Shown: positions 37,131-51,012, numbered from the whole stretch's first letter. The stretch is DNA of 62,223 bases, filler included, from Choristocarpus tenellus KU-1152 (GCA_964200185.2; 9 parts of 9 records of this genome joined end to end with filler, not necessarily neighbours in it), one strand, 5' to 3'. Program-made: numbers and translations. The notes: a model not told the origin generated them from the sequence alone.

Positions 37131-39963
37131 GTGGTAGTAACAAAGTAAATACACAAAAGTCTTTCCCATCTACTACAACTGTTCACATTTCAATGGTTAT
37201 TCTGGCATTTGAATGGTTTTCATTTTTTCCCCCCTGAAACATCTCTGTATTACTTACTTCCCTGCAACCAACTCGCTACTGTCGTCTCTTCCAAAATACT
37301 TCCATTTTGAAATAGATGGAAACAGCCTGACAGGTTCTTCAGACTGAAGGGGAAGGGAAAGGCTCACAACTGCGTGGAAAATGGAGAGAGACAAAGCAAG
37401 AGGCAGAGAAATCCCTAACAAGATTACTCAAGCAAGGAGTGATCAAGTGAAAAGTGAATGAGGAGGGTTTGCAAGGTCTCCGCAAATCACCCCTATTTAC
37501 TTCAAACAGATGATAACTTCAACATGCAAAAACAGATGCCATATCAACAACAGAACTTCAAGATAGGTCACCTTAGTTGGAAAATGACTCTCACACACTT
37601 ACATCTTCATTACGCCCTCTCACATTTTCCAGATGTGTCAGGGGGAAAGCCAGTTCGATATCATCTGAGCCCGTGTAAAAGTAACAGTTGTCGTAAACGC
37701 GAAAAAATCTCTCTCGAAAATCTATTTGACTATTTGACTATTTGACTACCAGCTATGCTACATCACTCCCCTGCTATACCTCGAACCCAGCTTAGCCCTA
37801 CACCACAGGGCGAGGAGCTAGGGAAGCATCTCAGGAATCTGACAGGCGCCCCTCCATACTTCCACTTATCATGGACAGGACGGAGATTAGAGATTAGATA
37901 TCAAAGATTAGACATCAACATCAGATTGGACATCAAAGATCAAACCAGTGTTGTCCGAGTTCTGGTACCATTGTCCTCAAGATGGAGGAGAGGAAGGCAT
38001 GAACATTCATCTGCTTTCATCACTACTTTCGCTCTGTTTGTCAAGTTCGTCTCTTCCCGTGATTCCCAGAGTTCAATGTCTTCATTCGATTCCACAAACT
38101 AACGCCTAAGATAAAGGGTTGCCCAGTTGTCATTTTTGAATTTTTGAATTATTGAGCTTACAGTATCTAAAGACTTCTGTTGATTGTCTATGTTTCGTCA
38201 ACGGCAAGATGTGGTCCTGCTCACGATAGTACTTGTACCAAAGTGACCAGGTCGGGATGGGTGCATATGTGATTAAACAACTTTGCAGTGATGGGTGAGT
38301 AGATCCCACTATATTCGAGTCCCTACGATACAAAAAAAGTGATGCAGAATATACCATGCACTTCACCCCCTGATACCCTCTTCCTGACAATGAGATTGAA
38401 TACCTTACAGTCAAGGTAGTGAGCAACAACCAATTCAATGAAGGATGATCAAGAAATTGTGGCCCTCTCAGTCAGCAATTGTGACTGGGTGCCAATCATT
38501 CAGTAATACAAAGCGATCAGGTCTTCATAAGGTCCTTGAATGGTTATGTTGAGTATACATTTTGGGGATAGGCTCTAGTTTCTGCTTCAAATCAGAAAGC
38601 GATATAGTACAGTAGTGATGTTTCGGAGTTACTCATTGAAATGTTGTCTCAACATTAGAGCATACTGAGTGATGAAAATGGTCACTACTTTGCTCTTAGA
38701 GCTAGGAAGGGGGGGTTCTTTGTATGTTTAACAGTAAATGGAACGAATAATACTGCATTCCCGGAAGAAGCAGCATTTCCTATATATATGTTACCTTTCA
38801 TCTCATGGACATTTTGTGTTCAGGTCTGAGGTTTCCATGATCGTTTGTCTCGAAAAACATTGGTATCTCTTCATCGAAAGAACAGTATCATGTCACCAGA
38901 AACGACTAGAAAATGGTACAAATTGTGGTTCCCACTATCCTCTGTCTCTATTCGGGTTGAAGTTTAGTACACAAGCAATAAATCGATTTTTCTACTCTCG
39001 TTACACCATATTGAATTGTATGAACTGGAATTACATCAAATGGTATTTGGTAAAGGAACAGAATTCAGTTTAAGAGACCAACTGTGTGAGCTCCACTGTA
39101 TTTTGATTTACACCTCAAAACTGTTACCGAAAGTATTTTACAAGGTTTGTCAGGTCTCTGTTCTTCCAGTGCCAGGGATCTGCGGTATCCCACCTCCCAA
39201 AGTACACAATCAATATCAATATGCTGGTTGGATCATTTATTGGTATTGATTTACTTGAAATAGAAGGGTTTGTGTTGACTCGATTATTTCAAAGTAAACC
39301 AGTGTGCTTGTTGAGACATGGCTACTGTCCATAACAATTAGGAGACTCTTCTTCATGTCTTGATGGGGGTGTGGGGCTTGCTTCCTGCATCAAATCTACA
39401 CAAAAGACACAGTGTATCCACAGGTCTGATATTCATGCGTCAAAAAAGATAAGGATGACTAGATTTGTCCAACATTCTATGGAACGTTTCATGTCATCAA
39501 CATGATATTGGAGAGGAGGGGATATCATGATACAACCATAACCACAAAAAGTTTGAAGCCTCTTCAACAAGCCCTAAGTCCCAACCAGCTACATCTATGT
39601 AATGACAAATGAGGCGAACACGCCTCCTCCTGAATCAGAATATTTTCAACAAACAAGATAGGACTTGGGTAAGAGGAAACAAATATATATTGTTTATCAG
39701 GAACAGTTCTGTCCACAGTTGTACGTATACAAGTGTTTCAGGGTGTAAGGTGGAAGCGGAGTGCATCTAGAGTTGTAACATTAGCAGAAGGATGTTTGTT
39801 GATAATCAAGCGTAACGCCAGGAAAGTGTTGTGGTTTGACTCTCCCTCATCTACTCCCCTATGTGGTTGTGTGTATTTTCCCTCATTGCATGTATGCTAT
39901 ATACTGTATACATGATACTGTATACTTAATATTTGACTTTTGGGAAGTCTGATCCTTCATGTT

Positions 39964-40041
39964 GAGTGAAACTATCTTAGAGGGTACGAATTTTTCCCTG
40001 TTTGTCCATTTGTGGGGCTTGGCTTCCCATGGATTTTGTTA
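39964..40041 (-). mobile_element. MITE family A partial copy at contig end
   Basis: GAGTGAAACTATCTTAGAGGGTACG...GGCTTGGCTTCCCATGG running into the linker. Confidence 0.85.
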
Positions 40042-40185
40042 NNNNNNNNNNNNNNNNNNNNNNNNNNNNNNNNNNNNNNNNNNNNTTAATTAATTAANNN
40101 NNNNNNNNNNNNNNNNNNNNNNNNNNNNNNNNNNNNNNNNNGTGTAGACCCCCCCCCCCCTCCCAGATACCTTGGGTCATACGTA

Positions 40186-42621
40186 CCTCCTCCAAGATTC
40201 ATAGGAGTGAAGAACACCTCCGCAAACTGGCCATCGACGTGTGCGGCCATGATCTGTGCTCGGAGTAGCCCCTGATAAGGGGGACATGAACGAAAGGAAC
40301 TTGTAAAGAAAGGTCATCATGATGAACGGAATAGGTAGTGGAATTATGTGCGTTTGTTTTGGCGATTAAACAGGGTCGTCTATTCTGTTCCGCGTGCGGC
40401 TGCAAAGTTGTTGTCGGATGGACTATGCGTGCGTGTGGTTATCTGTCACCGCCGTGGGTAGGTGGTTAAAGTGCTAGGAGGGCGTGTGCTATCTGGTTCG
40501 CGGCGTCTACGGACATGGACACGAAGCCGAGAGGTTTGCCGTCGGTTTTGGCCCGCATGGCGCTGCTGGTGCTGTTGGCGATGACCAGCCGATCCACTTG
40601 GATAATCTGGCGAATGGGGAACAGCAACATCACGTGAAATAATCAAATAATTCTGCTCAGAGTTAAAAAAAAACTGCCACTTGTTAACACGTATCAGGTT
40701 AGTTAGTAACAAAAATGTAGTGTGGGTAACAATAGATGTTTGTATTGGGATATGTTTTTTGTTGCTGCATTCAAGACAAACACAGTGTTATCGGGATGGT
40801 AGGAAGTACGTACGTACCGGGCCGGAAGACCGCTACATGACCTGTCCCTCCCACAGCCCGATGTACACGACCAGGAAGCAGTCTATCATACAAGGTGTTT
40901 GGGCAGCTAATAACAACAAGTTTTGGAGTGAGTGAGGCTACTGCTGCTGCCATAAGCACCTGCGTGGGAGTCTTCATTCGCAAAAGGAGACAGATGTTCT
41001 TGAAAATGGGGGGCAATGACGGCGACATGTTGTCACTGTACCCTTTTTGCAAAATTAACGCTGTACACCTACCTCTCGATGGTCTGACAGCTCCTTATCG
41101 ATGGACTCGAGGACGGTGGAGTCGTTCGTGGGTTTTACACCAGGCACACCGTGCCGCTTCTCTTTTAACGTGACACATATGTCACATTTCATAAACTCGC
41201 CTCCTACCCTCACCCTGATGTTGGGCCTGTCCTCTCTGAGCAATCGGAGGATTTGCGCCCTGCTTACGCGCTTGGAAGATCGTCAGGATACACTCGTATA
41301 GCCTCTTTGCAAAAATCATTGTATAACTCCTAATTAAAAATGTTGGTTGCGTGGGCAAGTGAGGAGTTATTGAGAAGGAACACTCGAAGAACATCCCTGC
41401 AAGATCTCTCAAAGGCGGGCTGACCAATAACTTGACTGAGAAAGCGGAAGACAGGATCAAGCAAGCTTACATCGTGCGTTACAAAAGAGCAAATTTAATT
41501 ATCTTCGTAAATCTGCCATGAGCGTCATTCTTTTCGGGCCTCGCTGCCGTTTGCAGAAGCGGCAAAGGAGGCGAATCTATCTATCATCATCTTCATCATC
41601 GCGAAGCGCTTTAGACATACGAAGTACACACTTTTCCTACCAATGAGCCAAAGTACCTTAGAGGGTACAGCCGCGTCCATTTGGGGACCAAACTCCAATG
41701 TCGCGATTTTTTAAATTTTGGATATCATATTGATTTTAAAGCGTCAATATCCTTGTTCCCGACAAGTGAAAGTATATTAGAGGGTACGAGTTTTGCCCTG
41801 TTTGTCCATTTGGGGCTTGGCTTCCCATGGGTATTTTTATGACATTTTCCTACTCCAAAATGTTTCGGAGTAAGCAAAATGTTTATGTTATGAAAAGGTG
41901 TGCCCGAGAGATAGATATTAACACTTACTAACAAACACGATAGCCAAAATTACATCAAAATCGCAACATTGAATTTTGACCCCCAAATGGACGCGGCTCT
42001 ACCCTCGAAGATACTTTGACTCAGACAGACCTTTTCATGACGTATACATTTTAACTAGTCCAAAACATTTTGGAGTACGAAACTGTCATTAAAAAACGCA
42101 CGGGAAGCCAAGACCCAAATGGACAAACAGGGCAAAACTCGTACCCTCTAAGATACTTTCACTCCAATGTCAGACCGGGCGTGAGGCCGCAGAGTAGGTG
42201 TGCGCGGCATTGAAATAACAGTTATTGTGTCTTCCTTCGTAAAATCGACGAAGAGTATCATCATCAACATTACAGTCTCGACATAGCAAACGAAAAAGAT
42301 AGCACTTTGTATGAATCTTGAAATGTTATTTTAACCATAATATCAGACCGGTCAAAGTAATGAACATCCACCACTCGAAATAGTACTTAGATCCACCTTT
42401 TTTACGTGCTGCCGGGTCACACTGTTTGCATCTAACTCCAACACAGGGTGCAGCCAACCTCTCCACAACCAAGGGCAAAACCGACCTGTTTGTTCGCGGC
42501 GTAGATCACAATTGTGGACTTGTGAGGCATGAACTGCCCGTATGTATCAGCCCAGTAGTCTATCCAGGACATCACCAGATCTCACTTCGGAGCCGTGTCC
42601 TTATCTTTGTTCGTGCTGTTC
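40186..42621 (-). mobile_element. Intron-containing Sola-like (DUF7869-type) transposase remnant
   Basis: Exons 42621-42486 (SWIDYWADTYGQFMPHK), ~41300-41073 (RAQILRLLREDRPNIRVR..FMKCDIC...LSDHRE), ~40607-40450 (IIQVDR..SMSVDAANQIAH), ~40273-40186 (LLRAQIMAAHVDG..FFTPMNLGG). Motif order recalls Sola2-type transposases. In-frame stops present. Family call is from memory. Confidence 0.5.
41645..42164 (+). mobile_element. Nested MITE family A pair: outer copy (TSD CAAT) interrupted by an inverted inner copy 41764-42022 (TSD CGAC/AGAC)
   Basis: CAAT at 41641-41644 and 42165-42168. Removing the inner copy restores the ~260-bp consensus. Confidence 0.92.
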
Positions 42622-45600
42622 CTGTTGTAGTAGCGCACGTATGTATATAAATGGATGGGATATGTGTTGGAGGTGGATACGAGGGACGTGGGATGGAATC
42701 CTAGAGGTGTCGTATGCCAGCAGCGGATCACATATTCTGTAGATATTTACGCATGGTACATGATGCAGCAGCGCGGGGACGGTCGGATGAGATGATATTG
42801 TTGAAGCATGAAAAACATATCGCACGTGTATATACATACATAGGTAAGTCATTATTCCACGCTGGAGGGATCTCTAGCTTTGTATATCAGACATCTACGC
42901 ATGGTAGCTGCAAAGTGAACCGGGTGAGTACGGTCGGATCACATTGTTCTCAGATAGGAATACTATTGTGTGCTCAAGCAGGGGGGAAAATATACCGGGT
43001 ACAAGTGACACTGTGTACATACTTCAAACCCACCTCNNNNNNNNNNNNNNNNNNNNNNNNNNNNNNNNNNNNNNNNNNNNTTAATTAATTAANNNNNNNN
43101 NNNNNNNNNNNNNNNNNNNNNNNNNNNNNNNNNNNNGGTGGAGGGTTAATGTTGATTGTGGTCGGGGTGATTATAGCTTCGAAAGGGAGTGTTTTGTTTT
43201 TTTTGGCTCGTATTTTTTTTTTTTTTTGGGAATGGCTCTCATGTATTTGATGTCTGTGTGTGGTTCGTGCCAATACTTTTAGTAATGGGGTTTTAAAGGT
43301 TAGGGAGAAATAGTACAGTTCCATCATTGGAATGTTCCATTATGTTTTTGTTTTTTATGTGCTGTTGATATTTGGGATGACTCACTGGTAAGACATATCA
43401 ATTTCTTTGTTTTTTTGTTTTCAATGGTTGAAAAAAAAATGGTAGTTGAGGTAGTTTCGAAGTGCAGGGGCTGTTTTTTTGTTAGATGGAATGGATACGG
43501 AGTAGCCTTTGATGTATTTTGCAGGCGTTTTCTAGACACGCGCTACTGTGGGAACTCCCACCAAAATTAGTGCTGTGACTGCCTGGGGTAGTTGGTTATG
43601 GTCGTTGCTGTGCCCTAGGTTGTATGATAGAAAAGAGTACCATCCCTTTCAAGTTGTGCTTGTTTTTAAAAATAATAATTCTGACATTTTTTTTTGTTTC
43701 TTCTGATCTTTTTGAGTATGGGGATAGAAAGGGCTGGGGGCAGGGGGGTTGATGTTACAAGTATGTACTTGAGAATTCAGCTCTATAAGTAGAGGGGGTG
43801 GCGTGAGGATAGATGTAAATGTTGACTGCTTTGTGGCGTAGCAATATTTGATGCTATGATCTGATTTATTCATTTTTTGAGAGAATTTGGAAGTGTGGGG
43901 TTACATGTTTGATGTATGGGTTATTGTACATGTATGGTCATTCCTGGTACACAAGTAGATTCAGAGTTCATATTCCCAACAGATGGGAATATTGCAACCT
44001 CGAATTGGGTAATAGTTGATTTAATAGATGGTACTATTAATATCACTGTAGACCACTTTGTGTTTTTTTTTTTGGTGGGTCAACTCGTTTTGATTGGTAA
44101 TGCAAGATGTTTGAGTGTACTTCGAGCGTACTTAGGATATATTCCCAATGTTACTGGGTCGTCTGTTGATGTTCCATTATTATTATTATTATTATCAAAC
44201 TTCAATGCAAGACCAATCGCATTTCCCAGCGAGTTCTGTGTGGAGATGATTGGTTCGATCTCGTCTAGTGTGTGTGATTTAAGGACCTTGCACTTCTTTT
44301 AGGAGTTCGTTCACTTGAACAGTCCCCCTTGCAGTCTCAAAGGTACAAGAGATATCCCTTTTCTCCTCCTTGAAAGTTTTCATGATGTGAATACTCTTGG
44401 GTTGTATCCTACTTCTTTCAACACAAGGACACCCTCCACTGCCTCAGTTTGAACCATACAGTTATTTATAACTAACTCGTAGTGATATGTACAGGATTGG
44501 CAGTTCACATGACTACTCCTTGGAAAACACCTCTCCACTAACCAACATGATTTGAGTTTCTCCATTTGCTCTTTGGTATCAGTTTCCCCAACATCTTAAA
44601 CATTCTATCCGATGACATTTGAGTCCCAATTCCAATTCCTTTTCGATGCACCACTATGGACCCTTGCCTCATCTTTGGTTAGCCTCCCCCTCCCCCTCCC
44701 CCTCTTTTTTCATGGTGTCCCAGGTCTACAAGTGCCTCTGTTGCCCGCCCTCTTGATCTCTTGTTTCTCTACTGACTCCTTACTTGGAGTGTTGATTTCT
44801 CTTGATTGTTTTTGAGTCTCAAAAAACTGCCCTCGACAAGTTTATGTGTCTAGTCCTCTTTTCTCTTACGACCAAGTGTGGTCTTCCACACCTTACTTGC
44901 ACAACCTCTAACAATCGGAGAAGTATCTGGACTTGAAAATGAACCCGCAATTTTCATGCAGACGAGAACAGTTGAATAGGTAGAGATAGCCGTCAAGATT
45001 TGACTCTGACTTTATTTAAGCCTAGAGTTGTAAGCTTTCACGTGATCACTTTGTCAGAAGTAAGCATCATATATATATATATATATATATACGTAAATAT
45101 GTATGGATAATTGTAGTTGGAGGGTGTCTAAGTGGACAAAATTTTACATAAAGAACAAATTGTGTAGAAAGTGAAATTGAAGTCTTGACTGGTATTTCCC
45201 ACTATGGTAGTGTGTTTGTCTAGTACAGTACTTAGTAAGTACTCTAGTTAGTTATATTCATAGGAGGTTTGAGGGGTTTTGGAGGCCTGTGGTATGCAGG
45301 GAGTAGTGAGGTCCAATTGCACATTACTTGAAAGAACTAAAACCTCTGTTCGGCATTGGTTCAAATAGTTTTTTGGGTGAGCTATAACTGCTCAAGATGT
45401 TGATCGGATTTCTTTGCTTCTTATTATTTGTGGGGGTCTTGCCAAAACCTATTGTAAGGTTGCGCTAGAATCTCGATGAAATTTAACCTTGTCTGTTCGA
45501 CGCCGCCTGGTGCAAAAAAACGCCTCCCTATTACAATATAAAAAACGCCTTGCAAGGTGTTAAAACAGAGACTGAACTCCAGAAGTGATGCAGACAAACA

Positions 45601-46627
45601 GTAGCTATGGGGGGCAGCCAAGACCCAGGCACTCTTAATACATAATGGTACTCAAAAGTATTCCTGAGAGAACAGATCATCTGGCTGATCATACATTCGG
45701 TAGACTTAGAGAGTAAATTGTTTGTTCTTTTTTGTGTGTTGAGTAACGTAATCTGTCAGTCTATAGAGGTATATTGGTGGGCGGTTTTTTTTCCCATTTG
45801 ATTTTTTTGAAGTTTTATTAATTTAATTATTTTTTAGTGAAGAACCGACTCTTGATTAAGATATTTTTCAACTACAAAAACAGTCTGAAATATTTTTACT
45901 GTGGTGAGCTTATCGTTTGCAAAGTGCAAAAATGTTAGGGGTTTGACTTTGTTTTGTTGTAACATGAGTTTTTTTGTTTGTTTGTTTTGTATCTCTTCTT
46001 TTTTTTCTCATCTTGTTTCCAATTCGGATACAAAACAAACGCCTATTCTTAAACGGCTATGATAATACCGGTGTGATCTTATGTTAGATCTCACTGTTGT
46101 CAATGAGGGGAGTGCTTATTTGGGTAGGACGTTAAAAGAACATCACTGATTGCAAGGATTTTTTGCTGTAGGTGATTTTTGTGGGTGGCAGGACAGAATT
46201 TCTTGGTTATAGTGAAGATGCCCATGTTGGCGGCGTTATCTTGGAAGTTATATTGTAGGGGGGTGTATGAATAAAAGGGAACAGTGTGTCATGTTGATTT
46301 GACTGGAAAGCTGTTTAGTTGTGCTCATTTCAATCAAGGTGTGGTGCAGGCAATGCAAATGTTTGATTCGAGGTGTTTGGTTGGGAAACGTTTTTGCAGA
46401 CCACCCGGTACACTATATAGAAGGGCTAGGAAATATCGGAATTGTCATGACACTCAAGGAAGTATCTGAAGTGTTTTGATACCCACTGTTGTTGATCAAA
46501 GGAATATAACTTAATTTGACTCTCCTAATGGTTTTTATCATGACCCTTCTACTTTCCCGTTGACGAAAATTTACTGAACAGTTTTACCGCAGCCCACTCA
46601 CTTGTATCATTGGTGGTACTTTTTCCC

Positions 46628-46628
46628 A

Positions 46629-46684
<56 letters not shown>

Positions 46685-46725
46685 CCTCTCTCTGTCTCTA
46701 TATCTCTGTCTGTCTGTCTCTCTGT
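46628..46725. repeat. (CT)n / (CTGT)n microsatellite
   Basis: About 100-bp polypyrimidine dinucleotide tract. Confidence 0.95.
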
Positions 46726-48465
46726 CAGGATCACGGTTTTGCCACTGTGCGGGATTTCAAGGGGCTCCTTCCATGAGATGAGAATATATTATTCAAACAC
46801 GTATCAAGGAGATAGAATGTATCATTGTGAAGAGAAGAGTTTGGTTACTTGCCTTGCATGTGGAAGGTTTTTCTTAGTGGCGGGTGGGGGGCAGATGGAA
46901 GGGTAGGAAGTGAGGCGTTTTAAAGAAAGATGGGAGGGTATGCAAGGACAGGGTGGAGATAAGAAAGGAGAAAGCGTGTGTTGAGTTGTAAAGCACTCAC
47001 TGGACTTGTTTTGTTTTGAAAAGGTTACGGTTTTTGTCTTTTTATTCCTGAAAGGTCATTGACTCGGTGGCAAAGCACCAGAGTTGTAGTGAGCCTTACG
47101 AATCCCATTGCACTGTGTGTCTGTGAGTGCTTCTTGTATGTTCTTTGTGTGTTTTGTCCTTATCTTGGTTGTGGTTCGTGTGTTGAATGGGTTGTTGGCC
47201 TCTGTTCCAATGGTGGGCTGTACCGTTTACACTTACGTAAAAGTGAGAGGTATGTTGTGTGTATGTGTGTATGTGCGTATGTTGTGTTCTTGGGTGAGTT
47301 AAGCTGGTTGAAGGGCAAGGAAGGAGGATGCAGGCTGTCCGTTTTTGAAATATGTTAGTACCCACTCAAGTTTATTGCCTCGTTGTACTGCAAGTGATCT
47401 TTCAAAGAGTTGGGGACCAACGTTTTTCTCCAAGACACTGTGAAACCTTCTGGATTCACCCCGGGATGCGCTTGCATATTTCAGGTCAAATTTCAGGCCC
47501 GTTGTTCCCATTTGAAAAATCGACGTAGTACTTTTCTAATTGCTGCATGTGGGAGAAGTTTCCACAGGTTTTAAGGAAGACTAAGTTCTACCATAGAAGC
47601 TCAGAAATCACAGGTGGTTGTTTTAATAGGTGAAGTTTACACATATTTTATTCATTGATAACCTTTGGTCAGGGTGAACTCTGTTTATTTGTCTCTTTTT
47701 GTATCTGCCTGCAACTCCAGGAGTTTCCTCGTTTGAGAGATCACTGCGCTCAATAAAATGGAGGATCCAGAGTGCAACTGAGAGGTAGGCAGGGTTGCAT
47801 TTTTTTGGATCCCGAGCAAGGGCAAAAACATTTCATTTTTTCAATAGAAGGAAGATCCTTTGTTGAGTTGTTGTGGTGTCACTCTGTGTGTATAAGGGGG
47901 GAATATATATTTTGCGTATGCTATTGTGCACATGAATCTATGGAATAGAGTGTATTGCACAGGGTAAGGAAGATGGCTTTGAATAAAAAAGAGACCAAAC
48001 CTGCCCAACTCTCGATTGGTTTGTCTCAGTTAGACTTGCACAATATGTATATACATAACACAAGACACTGGTTCTTCTCTCTCTTGTAAGATAGTTTCTT
48101 GAAAACTGAGTCTGTGGTACCTACCTCTTTCCTTGTTCGTGTGCATTTGGTTGCAGTGTAAATATGGCCTTGACTTTGTATGTTACACGTAGTGTGTGAT
48201 CTCTTGGAAATATTTGTTGAACTTGCCATACACCAAAACGGAATTTCTAGAAGGATCAATTGGGTAGGTAGTGAACAAATGGTGCTTGCCCGTCATGTGG
48301 ATAATATTGCAGTAGCAGTGTTAGTACTGCGTATGTGTGGTGATCCGCATTTTGAGCTGTTGTGAAGACAAGCAAGGTACATATATGGTGTGTCATAATC
48401 TTGATCGAGCTGAGGCAAGACCACAAATTCTATATGATTACTGTACCACCCATCCATGGAATTAA

Positions 48466-48530
48466 CAGCCGAACACCAAAATTGAGGATGGAGCTTTTTA
48501 TGGAGGATGGGCGAGACCCGTAATGGTGCG
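48466..48530 (+). repeat. Terminus of unclassified interspersed element (also 1-45 on minus strand and 62161-62223)
   Basis: Shared (T/A)TAA|CAGYSGA...AAAA(T)TGAGGATGGAGC....(T/G)GAGGATGG....GACC...AATGGTG. Confidence 0.7.
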
Positions 48531-49498
48531 CGGAAATTGAACTTACGTTTTTTTTTGTAAATGTTGTGGCACTTTTGGAGGGTTCCGCTACGAATAGGAG
48601 TCCATCCCGACAACGGTGGTAGTAGGACAGTGTGGGGGGCGGCAATGATTTCGTTTGATAGTCGTGTACATGTATGCCCTGCGTTGGCTGGCTTGCTTGA
48701 ATAATTAGTGCGGTTGGTGGAGTAGTTTGACTGTCAATTGTGGAGGTGGTAGAAAATAATAGTACTTTGAAGTAGTTTTTTTCGGGGCGGTGTTTCATTG
48801 TCATCAGTTTTAGCATATAAAATTATAAAACTTCATAATAACTTCCGATGAGAATCAGCTCAGAATTCGAAACTCAAACTAAATTAGGGCAAAAATCTCT
48901 ATCATCAACTAAACTTGATTTTTATTGCAGAGATGATATTACAAAATTTCTATTAGTTCTTCAGCACTTGTCAAAGAATAAAGAAGTGTCACTATGGATG
49001 GCTGACTGACTGAGAAAAAGTGTAATTTTCNNNNNNNNNNNNNNNNNNNNNNNNNNNNNNNNNNNNNNNNNNNNTTAATTAATTAANNNNNNNNNNNNNN
49101 NNNNNNNNNNNNNNNNNNNNNNNNNNNNNNGGGCTTGTTAGATTCTTGGGATGCTTCCCTACCTCCTCACCCTGGGGCGCAGGACTAAGCTAGGTTGGAG
49201 GCACAGGAGGGCAGCAGTGTAGCATAGCTGGTAGTAAAATAGTAAATAGATGATAGAAAAATATCTTTCACCTTTATGAGTGTTACTTTTTTAGGAGTTG
49301 TTCTGACATTTGAATTGTTTTGATTGTTTTTTTCCCTGACACATATGTAAAATATCAGAGCGCATAATAATATACTAGTGTATTATATATAGAGAAAATG
49401 ACATACTGTTACACCTTTCCTGCTTGATTTTTTTGTGGGCCAACAACAGTAGTACATAGTTCGAACCGTATCAGAGCAGAAATAATAGAGAGGTAGGG

Positions 49499-49965
49499 AA
49501 GGTTCCATTTCAAGGATCCCGAGAAATGGTAAAAGACACAATTTTGTACAATTGTGGTGTCACTTTGTATGTGGACAGGGAGATATCAATGTTGTGTTCA
49601 CTACTGTCTACACAAGGTCATGAACTAGGATGTAATGCACGAAGTAAGAGAGATGGCTTAGAATACAAAAGGGTACGTCTCAATTACATTGGTTCATAAT
49701 GAGAAGTAAATTACTAACTTCCACATACAACATCGAGTCAAACTAATTTAGAGATAGGGTTTGGACCATCTTGCATTCTAAGCCCTCTTTCTTACCCTAC
49801 ACAATAACTTTGTTCCAATGCTCTGTGTGCACAATAGTGCACGCAGAAAATTATGCTCCCCCTTCCCTCGCTCAAAGTGACACCACAATCCAGCAGAGCC
49901 TCTTTCCGTAATTGTGCTAAATGGGATCATTTTGCCACTTCTCGGGATCCTTTTAAATACAACCG
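49499..49965. mobile_element. Foldback/MITE element with ~200-bp diverged inverted arms
   Basis: Left GGTTCCATTTCAAGGATCCCGAGAA...GTGGTGTCACTTTG...GGCTTAGAAT. Right ATTCTAAGCC...CAAAGTGACACCAC...TTCTCGGGATCCTTTTAAATACAACC. Confidence 0.75.
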
Positions 49966-51012
49966 TGTATACCCCTTAGATGGTTTGACTCGTTTAGTTG
50001 ATCAAGCGTAACATGGTCAGAGGGCGCGAACCTGGCAGGACCAGCAGTCATAGTCATAAAATTGCATGCACTGGGGGCAGGCACTAGACAGGATAGTATA
50101 GATGTATGATCCGTTCTGGCTGCCACATGGAATACGTCAGTCAAAACAGGAATACCCAGAAGATATTGAGAGTATACCCCATACATTGTCCTCATCGTCT
50201 GTTCTTTAGTGTGGAATTGTCTGCACAACCTTATGGGTTGGCAATTAGCCGTAGTAGGATTGCTGGAAGAACAATGGATTTCCAAGTACTAGTGTTATAA
50301 TACGCTCCAGAACTTACCTCCATAGGATGTGTAGCTCTAATCCAACGACCTTTAGACGACGCTACTGGTGTATTTCCACAGTTGATAGCCACTTGCGGGT
50401 GTCAGCCACTCTTCTCTCGATGCTTCATTCAGTGCTTAGTTTAATGCTTGACTAGTTGTGGGAGCGATGAATCCAATACAGGAGAAGCAAGGCAGGAACG
50501 GAAGCAGTGTAATTAGTTGCAGTGTAACATAGGCAGTAGCTACACTATGAGAAATAAATGCAGCGTGTAGTACCCCTTGTGGCAGGTCGGGATAATCCCA
50601 GATTAGATCATAATGTGAAGGTCATAGTAAGAATATATTTTCATTATCTACTCCAGAGTATATAGTAATAATTTGGATGAGTTCCTTGTCAAATGAGAGA
50701 TAGATGACAAACTGATTGTGTTTATTGTTAGGGCAGCTTTCTTTAGGGTCCACGCAAAATATAGTTGTAGTGCTACATTGAACGTCTCATGCTGACTTTG
50801 ACTACCTTGTTTATTAAACACTCCAGCCCACAAACCATTTGCCCACATATTTATCATTTACTCTAGTACTATAGTAGTAGCAGTAGTAGTAGTAATATCG
50901 GCAATATGGCTTTGATTGGTTTGGTTGTGTGACATGAACAATATGCCAGGTTCACTATATGAACTTCACTCATCATCATCAGTTCTCCTAGACTGCATCG
51001 GATTCTACAAAA

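Noticed and set aside
31600-42700. Fanzor/TnpB cargo associated with the mariner or Sola-like elements
   Set aside because: No RuvC-like motifs (DPG, E..TS..C, RD.NAA.N) seen by eye. A profile search would be needed to exclude a highly decayed copy.
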